Source of the DNA: a virus
Taxonomy: Duplodnaviria > Caudoviricetes
IMG/VR virus record: IMGVR_UViG_3300032212_000070
Location: 1-38,593 of that record
Length of the DNA stretch: 38,593 nucleotides
Strand: one strand, 5' to 3'
In this document: piece after piece, positions 26,846-36,613 of the stretch
How the letters are laid out: each line of letters begins with the position of its first letter
Position numbering within the stretch: the first letter of the stretch is position 1
The notes under the pieces: model-generated
What the model was told of the DNA's origin: nothing
What the model saw: the letters and a program-made list of their open reading frames with translations, nothing else
The model's database searches: none
Made by a program: the position numbers and the translations under genes

Positions 26846-27531
26846 TGTCGCAAGCAGAGCCAATCTTCTATTGGAAGCACATCCGGTTAGGCGACTTCGC
26901 CACCAAGGGCGAAACCTATTCCATGGCGGTCGGCCAATATGACGCGGTGGAGGCTGGTTACACGTCGGCGAAAAAGAAGATTAACAACGGCGGAGCCAAC
27001 GTCGATTTCGGGTATTCGTTTTCCGTCTCAATGATCAAGGACCACCACGGCAGCGAAACTGAATCAGAATTCCGCTCCAGAGTGCGGCAGAACCTCATTG
27101 ACATATCAGACGCGGCAGCACTGAGAACGTCCACAGAGAGCAATTTAGGCCCCTTGTCGCAGACGACAGCGGGTGCGACGACGACAACTGCCAACGATGA
27201 AAGCGCAGGCTCTGCCATCGAGATCGAATGCGTCGACGCGGCGGGATTCGATGCTCTTGGCGTGACTAATGGCGACTTGGTTTTGATCGTCGACGTTAAC
27301 ACGCCGTCTATTTGCGAGGTATTCACCGTTCAATCGGTCGACGACGGCGCGGATTCGGTGACGGCAACCGAACTCGTCTACCCCTACACTACGGGCTCGA
27401 CCATGATCAAGGTCGACTGGTATCAGCCTGCAACGTGGCCTGACGCAGAAATTGTCTACGACTCAGACCAGGGCGCGAAAAGCCGCTTTGACGCCCGTAT
27501 GTCCTTCCGTGGCGCGGATGATTGGATCTAA
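26845..27531 (+). CDS. Distal tail (Dit-like) protein
   Basis: Directly after the tape measure; beta-rich with an internal insertion. Confidence 0.55.
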   Translation: MSQAEPIFYWKHIRLGDFATKGETYSMAVGQYDAVEAGYTSAKKKINNGGANVDFGYSFSVSMIKDHHGSETESEFRSRVRQNLIDISDAAALRTSTESNLGPLSQTTAGATTTTANDESAGSAIEIECVDAAGFDALGVTNGDLVLIVDVNTPSICEVFTVQSVDDGADSVTATELVYPYTTGSTMIKVDWYQPATWPDAEIVYDSDQGAKSRFDARMSFRGADDWI

Positions 27532-30500
27532 TGAGCCAGAAGCACATAAGCAGTAAGAAGCTAAAGGTTTTCCACCAGAACGGCACGGTTTCCGTGTTCC
27601 AGGACGGCAGCGCGGCAGATGCCGACGTGACTTTTGGCCAGCAGTACGACGACTTTTTCGAGAATGGCGCGGACGTTAACGGCTACGACAACCTGCCAGC
27701 GTCCAATTTTATTCGAATCACGCTTGGGCAGCTTTCGTTCTCGTTTGACGAGGCCGCGCAATTCTCGTTTTTCATCAATGATCGCATCGTTACGAACTAT
27801 CTGGGAATCGACCTCAACGACACGGTTGAATTTTGGGCAGACGCGGGCGATTCTCACACGGCGTCTATCGCTTCATTCCCGAGCTGGCACCATGAAAACC
27901 AGACGGGGCAAATTCGGGTATTCCGTGGCCGCGTCACCAACAAAACGCCGAAGTTCTCCAGCGACACCGAAGGTTTCGAGATTGAGTGTGGCGGGCCGGT
28001 CACTTGGGCTAACGACGTTCGTATCGTGCGCGACTTGGGGACGGTCGAACTCCCCCACTTGGTCGTCAACCCCGAGACCGATGAACGCGAATGGTGGAGC
28101 GCGGTTAAGAAAGCCGACAACCCGACATGGCCAACCCGTCCCACTTTCGGAACGGGCGTACCGGCGACCGATGGCGGCAAGCTAACGGCGCGGGATGTTC
28201 TCGCCTACCTGAACGACACATATGCCAGCGAACTAACGGCGGCGGGCGTCAAAGATAGCGGCGTCTCGATCTTTCATGATGACGATTTAGAACCACTCAC
28301 GGTCGAGCTACCCCGCGTCGATTTCGTAAACCTTGGCTTTCTCGACGCGGTGAAAAAGGTTCTCAACTTCCTGCCCGACTATGGGCTTTTCGTCGACCCG
28401 AAGACTACCCAATGGCGCATAGCGAAAACCCGGCACAACTTGCAGCCAGGCGAAAGCACGGACGTTACGTCGTGGACTAACAACGTCTCGACCATCGACA
28501 TCGGCGTTTCGGATACGTCGCTATTCTCGACGACGACAACGGACGCTGGATACTATGCGCTCATCGTCCACGGGACGGACGCCCGGTTGTCTAATTATCT
28601 CCAGGTCCAATCTATCGGCGTCGGCGAAATTACGGTTTTGGCGGTTGGCTACGATTACCCGGTCGGCTCAAACATCTACCCGATGGAAGCGCCGGGCGAC
28701 CAATTGCCCATCGTCGGCGTTGACATCAAACAGGATATCGCCTCACTCGACGTTAACGAGGACTTAGACGGCTGCTATACCGCCGTTTCCATCTACTCGC
28801 AGAAGCAGCAGACCGAAGAGAAGATCGTCAGCCGCTATGAGGGCGGCAGCGGTACTGTGACGATTCCGGCAGGGCTTCAGCAGGTGCCCGCATGGGATAG
28901 CGAGTTTGAGGATAACTGGACAATCGACAAGGGCGACCGGGAAACCGATAACGGCTATCTCGGCACCGGCATCCAGATCTACGACCACACGATAACGGGC
29001 GGCGTTTCGGTTATCTCATATCTGAGCGCGCAGAGTGCATATGGAACAGACAACGACGTTCTATTAGGCGTCGGCGAATGGCAAGGCTGCGCCGCCTATC
29101 TGAACGTCCACGAAGGAAACGAGATTTCAGCGCAAAACCCGCGCATCGCTTCCAACATCGTTGGGATGACCGTCAGCAGCAACATAGCGGGCAGCGGTTC
29201 TCACGGCTACGCCATCACGTTGGCCCACGACATCGAAGGCCACGCGGACGGCTTGGGCACCATTTACACAACGGCGAGCCCCGGCCCGCTTGGTGAGGTC
29301 GATTCCTTCATCATCACGCAGGACTTGAACCTCAAAGACATCGACGGCGGGCGGGCAGTCACAAACTATAACTCTAACTTCGAGGTCTATCGGAAGTGGG
29401 GAACCTCAAGCACGACGCAGGAAATCCTACCAACAGAAAACAACGGCGCTAACTGCAACGTAACGACGACGGCCAACGGGATCGCAGTTATCAGCAACCC
29501 GCCCCAGGCTGGCTATAACCCGTCAGCAAGCACCAAAGCGCCCATGACGTTCGACGAGCTTAATAGTTTTTGGACGCAAAAGGTCGGGTCTGGCAATTTC
29601 TTGGCGCGTGGCTGGTTCCTCAAAAAGCCGCAAATCCCGCCAGGGCAAAACCAGTGCCACACGAAGCCGCCCGAGCCGGTCAAGATCGAAACGAAATACA
29701 CGACGACAAAGGCCAGCGTCCACCAGGTCCGCATTCCTTCCAGCGGTTACACGGGCCGAGCCAATGCGCTGCACGGTCTGGAGCGCGAGCTAATCGTTTC
29801 GTCTGACCGCTTTGTCGAGCAGGAGCAGGCCCAGGTATACGAGGATATCGCGCTCGCGGTTTTGCGCGACGTTTCGGAAGTCCAGTACGACGGCACAATT
29901 TCCGCGCTTGGCGTCCATAACTGGCTCGCGCTTTCGGACTTGCTCTGCCGCGTCCAGGTCAAAAACCAGGACTACACCTATCACACGGCAGGATGGAACT
30001 ACACTAACAAGCTAATAGCGCCGCTTTCCGGCGTTACGTTCGATATCAAAGCGAACCGAACCGAGATGAGATTCGACCGGCGCGGCGTATCTAACGAGCT
30101 ATCAGCCCGGACGCTGGAAACGCTCTATGTCTCAAAAGACACGCTTTTCGCTCAGAATCAGAAGGCGGCAGCGGCGGCGCTTGAGGCCCAGAAGAAGGCC
30201 GAGAAGTGCGCGGCGAAATCAGAGCCCGCAGTTATCCCTTCGGTGCCATCTTGCCGCGTTATCTACCCGGAAGCGGGCGGCGGCGGCAGTTTCGGCGGCG
30301 GCAAAGGCCCGACAGTACCACCAAAGCAAGAGGGCCAGGGCACCAATGAAACGCCGATAGCCGCTCCAACAACGAACGGCGGGCGCGGCTATGATTATCG
30401 CAACTTCGGCGCGGGTGCCGATGGTTTCGTAGAGCGCGACTATGAAGGCAACGTATCGTTCTGGCCTTCAATCGGCGGCATGATTCCAGGCACTGAAAGC

Positions 30501-31523
30501 GGCGACACGTTCACCGAAGCGCCGACGACAAACTACAAATATCGGGCGCTTCCGCAGGTCTTGAAAGACGACTTGCAGAACATCGCGGGCGGCTTGATCG
30601 GTGCCAAAACGGTCTACGCTGGCAACCAGGTCCAGGGAATCATCGACACAGGATCGACAACCACCGTTATCGAGATTTCGAGCCCAGGGCTAACCGTTGA
30701 CGACTTCGCCGATGGTACGCTTGAGATTCTCGACGGCACCCCGCGCCCGGTTTACTCGATCACCAGCAACACGGCGAGCGCCGTCACGCTTTCATCTGCT
30801 ATGAGCGAAGCCGCCCCAGGCGAGGGAGCGGTAGCAGTTCTCAGGGCCGAAGCGAAGCTGCAAAAAGACGGAACGCTGGCGGCAGACGCCACAATGATTC
30901 AGGACGCCAACGGTAACTGGTTTGCGGTCGAGGCAGACGGTACTCACACCAGCGCGGAAGTCTCAGGCGGAGATCTCACCGAGAAGACGAGCAGCCCGAA
31001 TACGGCACACTACGAATTCGGCGCGTCAGGCGTCGAGATTGAAGCCCAGGGCGAATGGGATTTCTCAAGCGCCACCATGAAGAACGGAAAAGCGGCCATC
31101 GGCGGCGAGCGGGCCGTGGCGAGCGGAAGCTACACCGGTGCAATTACTCGCGGTAATTCGGTGCGCGTTTTCGGCGGCAACAACAATAACGTGGCTGGCC
31201 GAATGCAAGTCCCAACGGGCAAAGAACTGCACGTTCTTCGCATTGAGGGCGGCATTAAGAACGGCTCGACGGGCGGCACTTACACCATAAATTACGGGCT
31301 CTTTGAGTGGGGCACCACCAGCTTTCAATCCATCGTGTCAGGCTCAGGAATCGAAAACGCACGATCAAACGCATATGACGAATGGGACGGCGAGACCGAG
31401 CTTTATAAGTTGTCGGCGGGCACGGAGTGGCTACCGTCAATCGAGAATGACAATTCATCCCCCGGCAGCACGTCAGTAGGCGCGGCAGCCATCACCATCA
31501 CCTATAGATACGTCGACGCATAG
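27531..31523 (+). CDS. Large tail tip/hub protein
   Basis: About 1330 aa; RVFRGRV, IECGG and YTAV.I hub-like motifs; beta-rich C-terminus. Confidence 0.75.
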   Translation: MSQKHISSKKLKVFHQNGTVSVFQDGSAADADVTFGQQYDDFFENGADVNGYDNLPASNFIRITLGQLSFSFDEAAQFSFFINDRIVTNYLGIDLNDTVEFWADAGDSHTASIASFPSWHHENQTGQIRVFRGRVTNKTPKFSSDTEGFEIECGGPVTWANDVRIVRDLGTVELPHLVVNPETDEREWWSAVKKADNPTWPTRPTFGTGVPATDGGKLTARDVLAYLNDTYASELTAAGVKDSGVSIFHDDDLEPLTVELPRVDFVNLGFLDAVKKVLNFLPDYGLFVDPKTTQWRIAKTRHNLQPGESTDVTSWTNNVSTIDIGVSDTSLFSTTTTDAGYYALIVHGTDARLSNYLQVQSIGVGEITVLAVGYDYPVGSNIYPMEAPGDQLPIVGVDIKQDIASLDVNEDLDGCYTAVSIYSQKQQTEEKIVSRYEGGSGTVTIPAGLQQVPAWDSEFEDNWTIDKGDRETDNGYLGTGIQIYDHTITGGVSVISYLSAQSAYGTDNDVLLGVGEWQGCAAYLNVHEGNEISAQNPRIASNIVGMTVSSNIAGSGSHGYAITLAHDIEGHADGLGTIYTTASPGPLGEVDSFIITQDLNLKDIDGGRAVTNYNSNFEVYRKWGTSSTTQEILPTENNGANCNVTTTANGIAVISNPPQAGYNPSASTKAPMTFDELNSFWTQKVGSGNFLARGWFLKKPQIPPGQNQCHTKPPEPVKIETKYTTTKASVHQVRIPSSGYTGRANALHGLERELIVSSDRFVEQEQAQVYEDIALAVLRDVSEVQYDGTISALGVHNWLALSDLLCRVQVKNQDYTYHTAGWNYTNKLIAPLSGVTFDIKANRTEMRFDRRGVSNELSARTLETLYVSKDTLFAQNQKAAAAALEAQKKAEKCAAKSEPAVIPSVPSCRVIYPEAGGGGSFGGGKGPTVPPKQEGQGTNETPIAAPTTNGGRGYDYRNFGAGADGFVERDYEGNVSFWPSIGGMIPGTESGDTFTEAPTTNYKYRALPQVLKDDLQNIAGGLIGAKTVYAGNQVQGIIDTGSTTTVIEISSPGLTVDDFADGTLEILDGTPRPVYSITSNTASAVTLSSAMSEAAPGEGAVAVLRAEAKLQKDGTLAADATMIQDANGNWFAVEADGTHTSAEVSGGDLTEKTSSPNTAHYEFGASGVEIEAQGEWDFSSATMKNGKAAIGGERAVASGSYTGAITRGNSVRVFGGNNNNVAGRMQVPTGKELHVLRIEGGIKNGSTGGTYTINYGLFEWGTTSFQSIVSGSGIENARSNAYDEWDGETELYKLSAGTEWLPSIENDNSSPGSTSVGAAAITITYRYVDA

Positions 31524-31532
31524 GGGGCCATT

Positions 31533-31832
31533 GTGCCTGAAAACATGGAAAACATCAGGAACGACATAACGTGCATTCGGGAAGTAGTCGCCCGACACGG
31601 GGAGAAAATTAAAGCAATGGCCACAACCATAGAAGAACTCAAAGAGACAATGGCCGAGCATTCCAAGACAACCAGCCAGGCCATGCAAACTATAGAACAA
31701 TGCAATTCGTCGCAGGATTTGCGCCACGCGAAAATTACGGCCCAGGTTTCATCAGCTTTGAGGATTGCCAAGTGGCTTATCGGAATCGCTACGGCGGTGC
31801 TTACCGCCTATTTGGTCTCGCTTGTATCTTAG
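31533..31832 (+). CDS. Coiled coil with C-terminal TM, putative holin (XhlA-like)
   Basis: KWLIGIATAVLTAYLVSLVS terminus. Confidence 0.55.
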   Translation: MPENMENIRNDITCIREVVARHGEKIKAMATTIEELKETMAEHSKTTSQAMQTIEQCNSSQDLRHAKITAQVSSALRIAKWLIGIATAVLTAYLVSLVS

Positions 31833-32065
31833 CGTTGACCAGTTGCGCCCTTATTGAGAGGGCAGACCGCCTATCTATCGGACTGGACGTTTCCACGGGC
31901 GTCCCAGGATTGCCCGAGGTGCGCTTCGGGCTCGACATTGAGGACTCAAGATATGAAACGCTACCTATTCCCCCTTCTTTTGATCGCTTGTCTGACCTCG
32001 ACTATGAGCTGCTCGACTATCAGCAAGACAAAAGAGAAGCTGGACTTTCTGAATCAGAAGATTGA
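31772..32065 (+). CDS. Putative lipoprotein overlapping both neighbours
   Basis: RLFGLACILALTS-C lipobox; start uncertain (GTG 31772). Confidence 0.5.
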   Translation: MAYRNRYGGAYRLFGLACILALTSCALIERADRLSIGLDVSTGVPGLPEVRFGLDIEDSRYETLPIPPSFDRLSDLDYELLDYQQDKREAGLSESED

Positions 32066-32396
32066 CACGGTCAAAGAGTACAGCGAAGCCAAGCTAGTCG
32101 AACTCGAAAAAAAAGCCGACAAGACCGAGGCCGACTTAGCGGGCGTCGGGATCAAGCTCGACGAGAACGACGACGGCAAAGTGACGAAGGAAGAGGCTAT
32201 CGCCGCAGCCAAAGAAGTTGCGCGGGGCGCTTTGACCGACAGCGAAAAACGGAAGATGCTAACCGATTCGGAATTTTGGGGCGGGCTCGCGGCGGCCATC
32301 GCCACGCCACTTCTCGCGGCTATCGGGCTATCGAAACGCCGCAGGAAAAACGCCGAAATCGAAGAGCTAAGAAAAGGCCAGAGCGCCCCACAATGA
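31953..32396 (+). CDS. Lipoprotein with EF-hand loop and C-terminal TM (unimolecular-spanin-like topology)
   Basis: MKRYLFPLLLIACLTSTMS-C signal, DENDDGKVTKEE, FWGGLAAAIATPLLAAIGL then KRRRK; GAGGA RBS. Confidence 0.65.
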   Translation: MKRYLFPLLLIACLTSTMSCSTISKTKEKLDFLNQKIDTVKEYSEAKLVELEKKADKTEADLAGVGIKLDENDDGKVTKEEAIAAAKEVARGALTDSEKRKMLTDSEFWGGLAAAIATPLLAAIGLSKRRRKNAEIEELRKGQSAPQ

Positions 32397-34996
32397 CATT
32401 ACCGACCACCAATCTTGTCGCGCATTTCGACAGCACCAGCGGCGTCACGATCACCGGCAGCGGCGTTAGTCAATGGAACGACCTAAGCGGCCAGGGCAAC
32501 CACGCCACGCAGACAACGGACGGCTACCGTCCTACGGTGCGGACCATTGACGGCGTCGATTATCTCGAATTCGACGGCAGCCAAAGTATGGCATTTCCGG
32601 CGATTGGCGGTGATTCTACCGACTTCTGTTTCTTTATGGTCATGGAGCCCGACCACTACAATCGGGCGTCCAACGTCATCCCGCTGAATTTGTACGGCTC
32701 CAGCGACAACCTAAACGCGCTACAAAACGACGCGGCTGGCTCTTCCCGGCTCAAGGTCAAGAACATAACGTCGAGCATTCGTTACGGCTCCTCGCTTATG
32801 GCCTATGGCTGCAATTCCGGCGCAGGCGGCACAACGCTTTTTATCGGCGCAGAATCGGAAGCCTTGGGCGTTATGACCGCTTCAGCCTTCGACGCTGGCA
32901 GCGAGATTGGGGCGCTGAACGGGCCGCAGTATTTCTGGACTGGGCTTGTTCGCGCCCTTTTCGTTTACGACGCCGAGCAGAGCGCGGAAGATATCGCGGC
33001 GATCCGGGCGCATATTTCCGACACATACGGCGCGGTTTCGACGACTGAAACGCGGCTTTTGGTGTTTGATGGTGATTCGCTCACAAGCGCAGGGGCGGCA
33101 CCCTATGAGGGCCACGCCGAACAGGTCGCCCGGTCTTATGATACGCAGCCCAAGTGCGTCAACGTCGCGGTTGGCGGGCAGTCTTTGTCTACGATGGCGA
33201 CTATGGGAGTAGCCGTCTTTGATCCAGAGCTAACCCGAAACGCGGCTTACACGAATCAGACGGCCATTCTATGGGGCGGCACTAATGACATCGTAGGCGG
33301 TGCCACGCTCCAGGACTTGCAAGACGACGCGACCGCGTGGATTGCAGGCCGTAAGGCGGCGGGCGCAAAGACCGTCATTTTGACCATCATCCCAAGGTCT
33401 GATAACTCAGGCGCGGCAGAACTGGTGCGGCAAGCCTTCAACGCTTGGATAGTCACCGGCGCAAGCGGTGCCGACGTTGTCTGTGACGTTGCGGCAGACG
33501 CCAGGCTGCAAGATCCGACCGACCTAACCTATTTCAAAGACGACGAAGTCCATTTGATCGCGGCGGGGCATGAAGTCGTCGCAGGATACGTTAGGACGGC
33601 CATTGACGCCGCCGAGGAGCCCGACACCGTGACAACCTACTATGTCGACCCAGCGAGCGGCAGCGACTCAAACGACGGCCTCAGCGAGTCGGGGGCCTTT
33701 GCGACTTGGACAAAGGCCAACAGCGTCCACGGGCCAGGTGATACCGTTTCCATCCGGTGCGGTACGAACTCGACCGAGACCACGACCATCGAGCCCGCCG
33801 ATTCCTCGATTTGGAACACCTACGGAACGGGCGCGTCCCCGCAACTGGTGAACACAGCCGACAAGTGCTTTAGCCTCGACGCGGTCGAGAACGTGACCAT
33901 CGAGGGCATCGACGTAGAATCTGAGGTCGGCATCGGCTTTCAGGTTCTCGCAGGGTGCGACGGCCTCACTATGATTGACTGCACGGCGCATGATTGCGTT
34001 AATGACGTTGGCGGCGCGGGGACCGGCTTTCGCTGCACTGGGCAAGCTGGCGACGTTTACACGCTCACAGGCTGCACGGCGACCGACAACGAGGACGACG
34101 GCTTCGATATGTTTGGCGCGGGGAAGTTGATAGCGACGAATTGCACGGCATCCGGACACCTTGTCGGCGCTAACGCTGACGGCTTTAGTTGCCACGATGG
34201 CGCGGCGATGGAAATGTATTATTGCACATCCACCGGCAACCGTGACGGCGTTCACCACGTCAACACCAGCGGCGCGAATGTGATCGAGGGCTGCACGATC
34301 ACGGCCAACACGAATTACGGCTTAAATTTGGCCCCGGCTGGCGCTTCGACGGCGACCAACAAGGTGATAAACAACGTCATCCGTGACGAATACCTGAAGA
34401 CTGACTTGGCGTCCAACGGCGTAGCGGCTGGCGCTTGTGTCTACCTCCCGACCCATTCCGAGATCCACGGCGGCTATAACACGCTCGTTTCGACCAACAC
34501 CCACGCCACAGAATTCTCATCCTGCTACCAGCTCGCGGGCACAGGCTCGATTGACATGGTCGGGGACTTGATGATAGCGCACCCGACCAGCGCGTCTGCG
34601 CTTTACGTCATCACGGACGGCGCGAAGACCGTGGTTAACTTCGGAGATCACGATTTCGGCGAAATCACCAGCAATACGCTGCGGTTCACAGCACTGGGGA
34701 CGCCTTACACAACCGAAACGTGGTTGACATTCAGCAGCACAGGCGGGCGCATCGTCGCCAACGACCTCGACGCCTTCGGCGTAGCATTCGAAGCGGCAGA
34801 CGTAAATTTGACCGAGGCCAGCACAAGCGCGAGGGTTAACGCGACGGCAGCCTTCACGGATCGGGACTTCGCAGGACGCCCAAGAGTGGCGGGCAGCTAC
34901 TCACGCGGCGCTATGGAGCCGAACACGCCAACCAGCGTCACAAATATTTCGGTAACGTCAGACCAGACGCACACAATCACAGCGAGGGAGAACTAA
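32393..34996 (+). CDS. Tailspike/depolymerase: LamG-like + SGNH hydrolase + parallel beta-helix
   Basis: VSQWNDLSGQGNHATQ; GDSL, GG, GTND, DEVH; YYVDPASGSDSNDG followed by beta-helix repeats. ATG at 32393. Confidence 0.8.
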   Translation: MTLPTTNLVAHFDSTSGVTITGSGVSQWNDLSGQGNHATQTTDGYRPTVRTIDGVDYLEFDGSQSMAFPAIGGDSTDFCFFMVMEPDHYNRASNVIPLNLYGSSDNLNALQNDAAGSSRLKVKNITSSIRYGSSLMAYGCNSGAGGTTLFIGAESEALGVMTASAFDAGSEIGALNGPQYFWTGLVRALFVYDAEQSAEDIAAIRAHISDTYGAVSTTETRLLVFDGDSLTSAGAAPYEGHAEQVARSYDTQPKCVNVAVGGQSLSTMATMGVAVFDPELTRNAAYTNQTAILWGGTNDIVGGATLQDLQDDATAWIAGRKAAGAKTVILTIIPRSDNSGAAELVRQAFNAWIVTGASGADVVCDVAADARLQDPTDLTYFKDDEVHLIAAGHEVVAGYVRTAIDAAEEPDTVTTYYVDPASGSDSNDGLSESGAFATWTKANSVHGPGDTVSIRCGTNSTETTTIEPADSSIWNTYGTGASPQLVNTADKCFSLDAVENVTIEGIDVESEVGIGFQVLAGCDGLTMIDCTAHDCVNDVGGAGTGFRCTGQAGDVYTLTGCTATDNEDDGFDMFGAGKLIATNCTASGHLVGANADGFSCHDGAAMEMYYCTSTGNRDGVHHVNTSGANVIEGCTITANTNYGLNLAPAGASTATNKVINNVIRDEYLKTDLASNGVAAGACVYLPTHSEIHGGYNTLVSTNTHATEFSSCYQLAGTGSIDMVGDLMIAHPTSASALYVITDGAKTVVNFGDHDFGEITSNTLRFTALGTPYTTETWLTFSSTGGRIVANDLDAFGVAFEAADVNLTEASTSARVNATAAFTDRDFAGRPRVAGSYSRGAMEPNTPTSVTNISVTSDQTHTITAREN

Positions 34997-35343
34997 TGGC
35001 ATATCATGACCCGGTCGAGATGAAGAAGGGCAACGCGAAGTTAATCACCACCGAGATTCTGAACTCGGACGGCAGCGGCCCGGACTTGAACAACGCCACC
35101 GAAATCCTGCTTTCAATCTCAGACACACAAGCAAGCGCCCGCCACTTCCAAAAGACAATGACGGACGCGGTTATCACGGACGGGACGCAGACGGGCAACA
35201 AGGTTTCGTTTACGATTCTGCCCGCCGACGTTGCCGACCTCGACGCGGGGGAATTCTACGCCGAGCTTCGGTATACAATCGGCGGGCTCCCCTATTCGCC
35301 TTGGGAGCGGGTTTTGATCTTGAGCGAGTCGAACAACGACTAA
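34996..35343 (+). CDS. BppU-like Ig-fold virion protein
   Basis: KKGN, PDLNNA, VSFTILPADV.DL.AGEFYAELR. Confidence 0.6.
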   Translation: MAYHDPVEMKKGNAKLITTEILNSDGSGPDLNNATEILLSISDTQASARHFQKTMTDAVITDGTQTGNKVSFTILPADVADLDAGEFYAELRYTIGGLPYSPWERVLILSESNND

Positions 35344-35567
35344 CGGCCCTTTTCCGGGTTCCATTTGTCCGCGTCTTTCTGCTCGACCGCCCAGCCGTCA
35401 CGCGCCCCAGGAGCGCCCACAACGCGCCGTGCTTTGAGTTTTTCCGCGTCTATGGCGCGTTGGACGCTACGCAAGTGGCAGCCCTTCTGAGCGGCCACAG
35501 CGCGTAGGGATAGGAGTGGTTTACCAGCCACGGGCGGCGGCCTCCTGACTTTCGCAATGACTCTCAT
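35340..35567 (-). CDS. Small HTH DNA-binding protein (Xis/MerR-like)
   Basis: LLSLRAVAAQKGCHLRSVQRAIDAEKLKARR...WAV; ATG at 35567. Confidence 0.7.
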   Translation of the reverse strand: MRVIAKVRRPPPVAGKPLLSLRAVAAQKGCHLRSVQRAIDAEKLKARRVVGAPGARDGWAVEQKDADKWNPEKGR

Positions 35568-35733
35568 GGGCGCAGTTCTGGCAATGCGCCCATAGGATAG
35601 CCTCGCCGCGATCATTCTGGCCAGCGTGAGAAACGCTAACTGCCGATTCGCCGCAATCGCAGCAGTTGTGCGCGTCAACCTCGTCGAGCGATTCGACCTC
35701 GACCCAGCCTTTTTGAGTGTAAATCTCGAACAT
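35521..35733 (-). CDS. Small acidic zinc-finger protein
   Basis: MFEIYT start with AGGAGG; CCDC...CQNC. Confidence 0.65.
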   Translation of the reverse strand: MFEIYTQKGWVEVESLDEVDAHNCCDCGESAVSVSHAGQNDRGEAILWAHCQNCAHESHCESQEAAARGW

Positions 35734-35805
35734 TTTCAATCCTCCTGATCGGGCCTCCCACCCCGTCCGGCGCATCTCGAAGGCGTTGTGCGTTGCCTTG
35801 GTTGG

Positions 35806-36003
35806 TTAGTTGCGGGCGTAGACCTTTTCGGCCAGGTCGAGGACTTTTTGCAGGTTGTCGGCTGTGAATTTGTCTTGCCCTTCGGCGGCTTCCTCGGCTG
35901 TGTTGAAAGAACCGAACCGCTTCCATTGGCCCGTAGTTTCCAGCTTGAAAAGAAGAAAAGGGGCCTTTGTCGATGGTGTCTTGATGTTTCCGATGCTGAT
36001 CAT
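35806..36003 (-). CDS. Small hypothetical protein (65 aa)
   Basis: AGGAG RBS; FGSFNTAEEA motif. Confidence 0.7.
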   Translation of the reverse strand: MISIGNIKTPSTKAPFLLFKLETTGQWKRFGSFNTAEEAAEGQDKFTADNLQKVLDLAEKVYARN

Positions 36004-36036
36004 TTTTCGTCTCCTGTTTCCTAACTAACTGCGCTC

Positions 36037-36065
36037 ATTCTATGTCGTCAATTGACGCCCTGCAA
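36037..36065 (-). promoter_or_regulatory. Sigma70-type promoter with perfect palindrome CGTCAATTGACG (36046-36057)
   Basis: TTGCAG-17 bp-TAGAAT with an AT-rich UP-like tract. Confidence 0.75.
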
Positions 36066-36108
36066 GTAAATAAAAAGCCCGAATAGAATTTTTCTTCCGG
36101 GCGGTGGC

Positions 36109-36420
36109 CTATTTCACCGGCTCAAACTTGTAAACGATGGAAGCGCCGACGAACTCGCGCCTGAAGATGCCCACGCATTCGCCGTCTAAGACCAGGTGCG
36201 TATCGAACGACCCCAGACGCCGCTGCATTTGTAGCCGTCCCGTGGCGTCCCATTCTTCTGCGTTCTCGCGGCTTCCGCATAGGTCGCGCAAAACGCGCTC
36301 GATTAGCTTGGCCTCAGCCAGCGCGGTTTTCCTGACCAGGCGTTGCACTTCTGGGGCGGGGCCGGATTCCATGGCCTTTTTGAAGCCGTCCGAGAACTCG
36401 ACTTTCTTGGGTTCGCTCAT
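36109..36420 (-). CDS. Hypothetical protein
   Basis: ORF track; ATGA overlap. Confidence 0.65.
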   Translation of the reverse strand: MSEPKKVEFSDGFKKAMESGPAPEVQRLVRKTALAEAKLIERVLRDLCGSRENAEEWDATGRLQMQRRLGSFDTHLVLDGECVGIFRREFVGASIVYKFEPVK

Positions 36421-36599
36421 TCTTCGCGGTCCTTGCGCTTGTCTTCGAGCTTCGGCAGCGCCTTAGAAAAAGCGCGGCAGGCTTCTATGACATCTTCTGT
36501 CTTCCATGCTACTTTGCGGAACGCATCCAGGATTGCTTGGACTTGTACCTCGTTACGCCTCGCCCATTCTTTCAGTGCTTCGTCTCGTTTCTTGCTCAT
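36417..36599 (-). CDS. Small hypothetical protein
   Basis: MSKKRDE...; start uncertain. Confidence 0.55.
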   Translation of the reverse strand: MSKKRDEALKEWARRNEVQVQAILDAFRKVAWKTEDVIEACRAFSKALPKLEDKRKDREE

Positions 36600-36613
36600 A
36601 ACGCGATCGTACA

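Noticed and set aside
32276-32392. Upstream extensions from the ORF track (also 14560, 2493, 3319, 31854)
   Set aside because: Downstream ATGs with RBS or stop-start overlaps fit better.
27531-34996. Diversity-generating retroelement acting on tail genes
   Set aside because: No reverse transcriptase and no TR/VR repeat pair seen.
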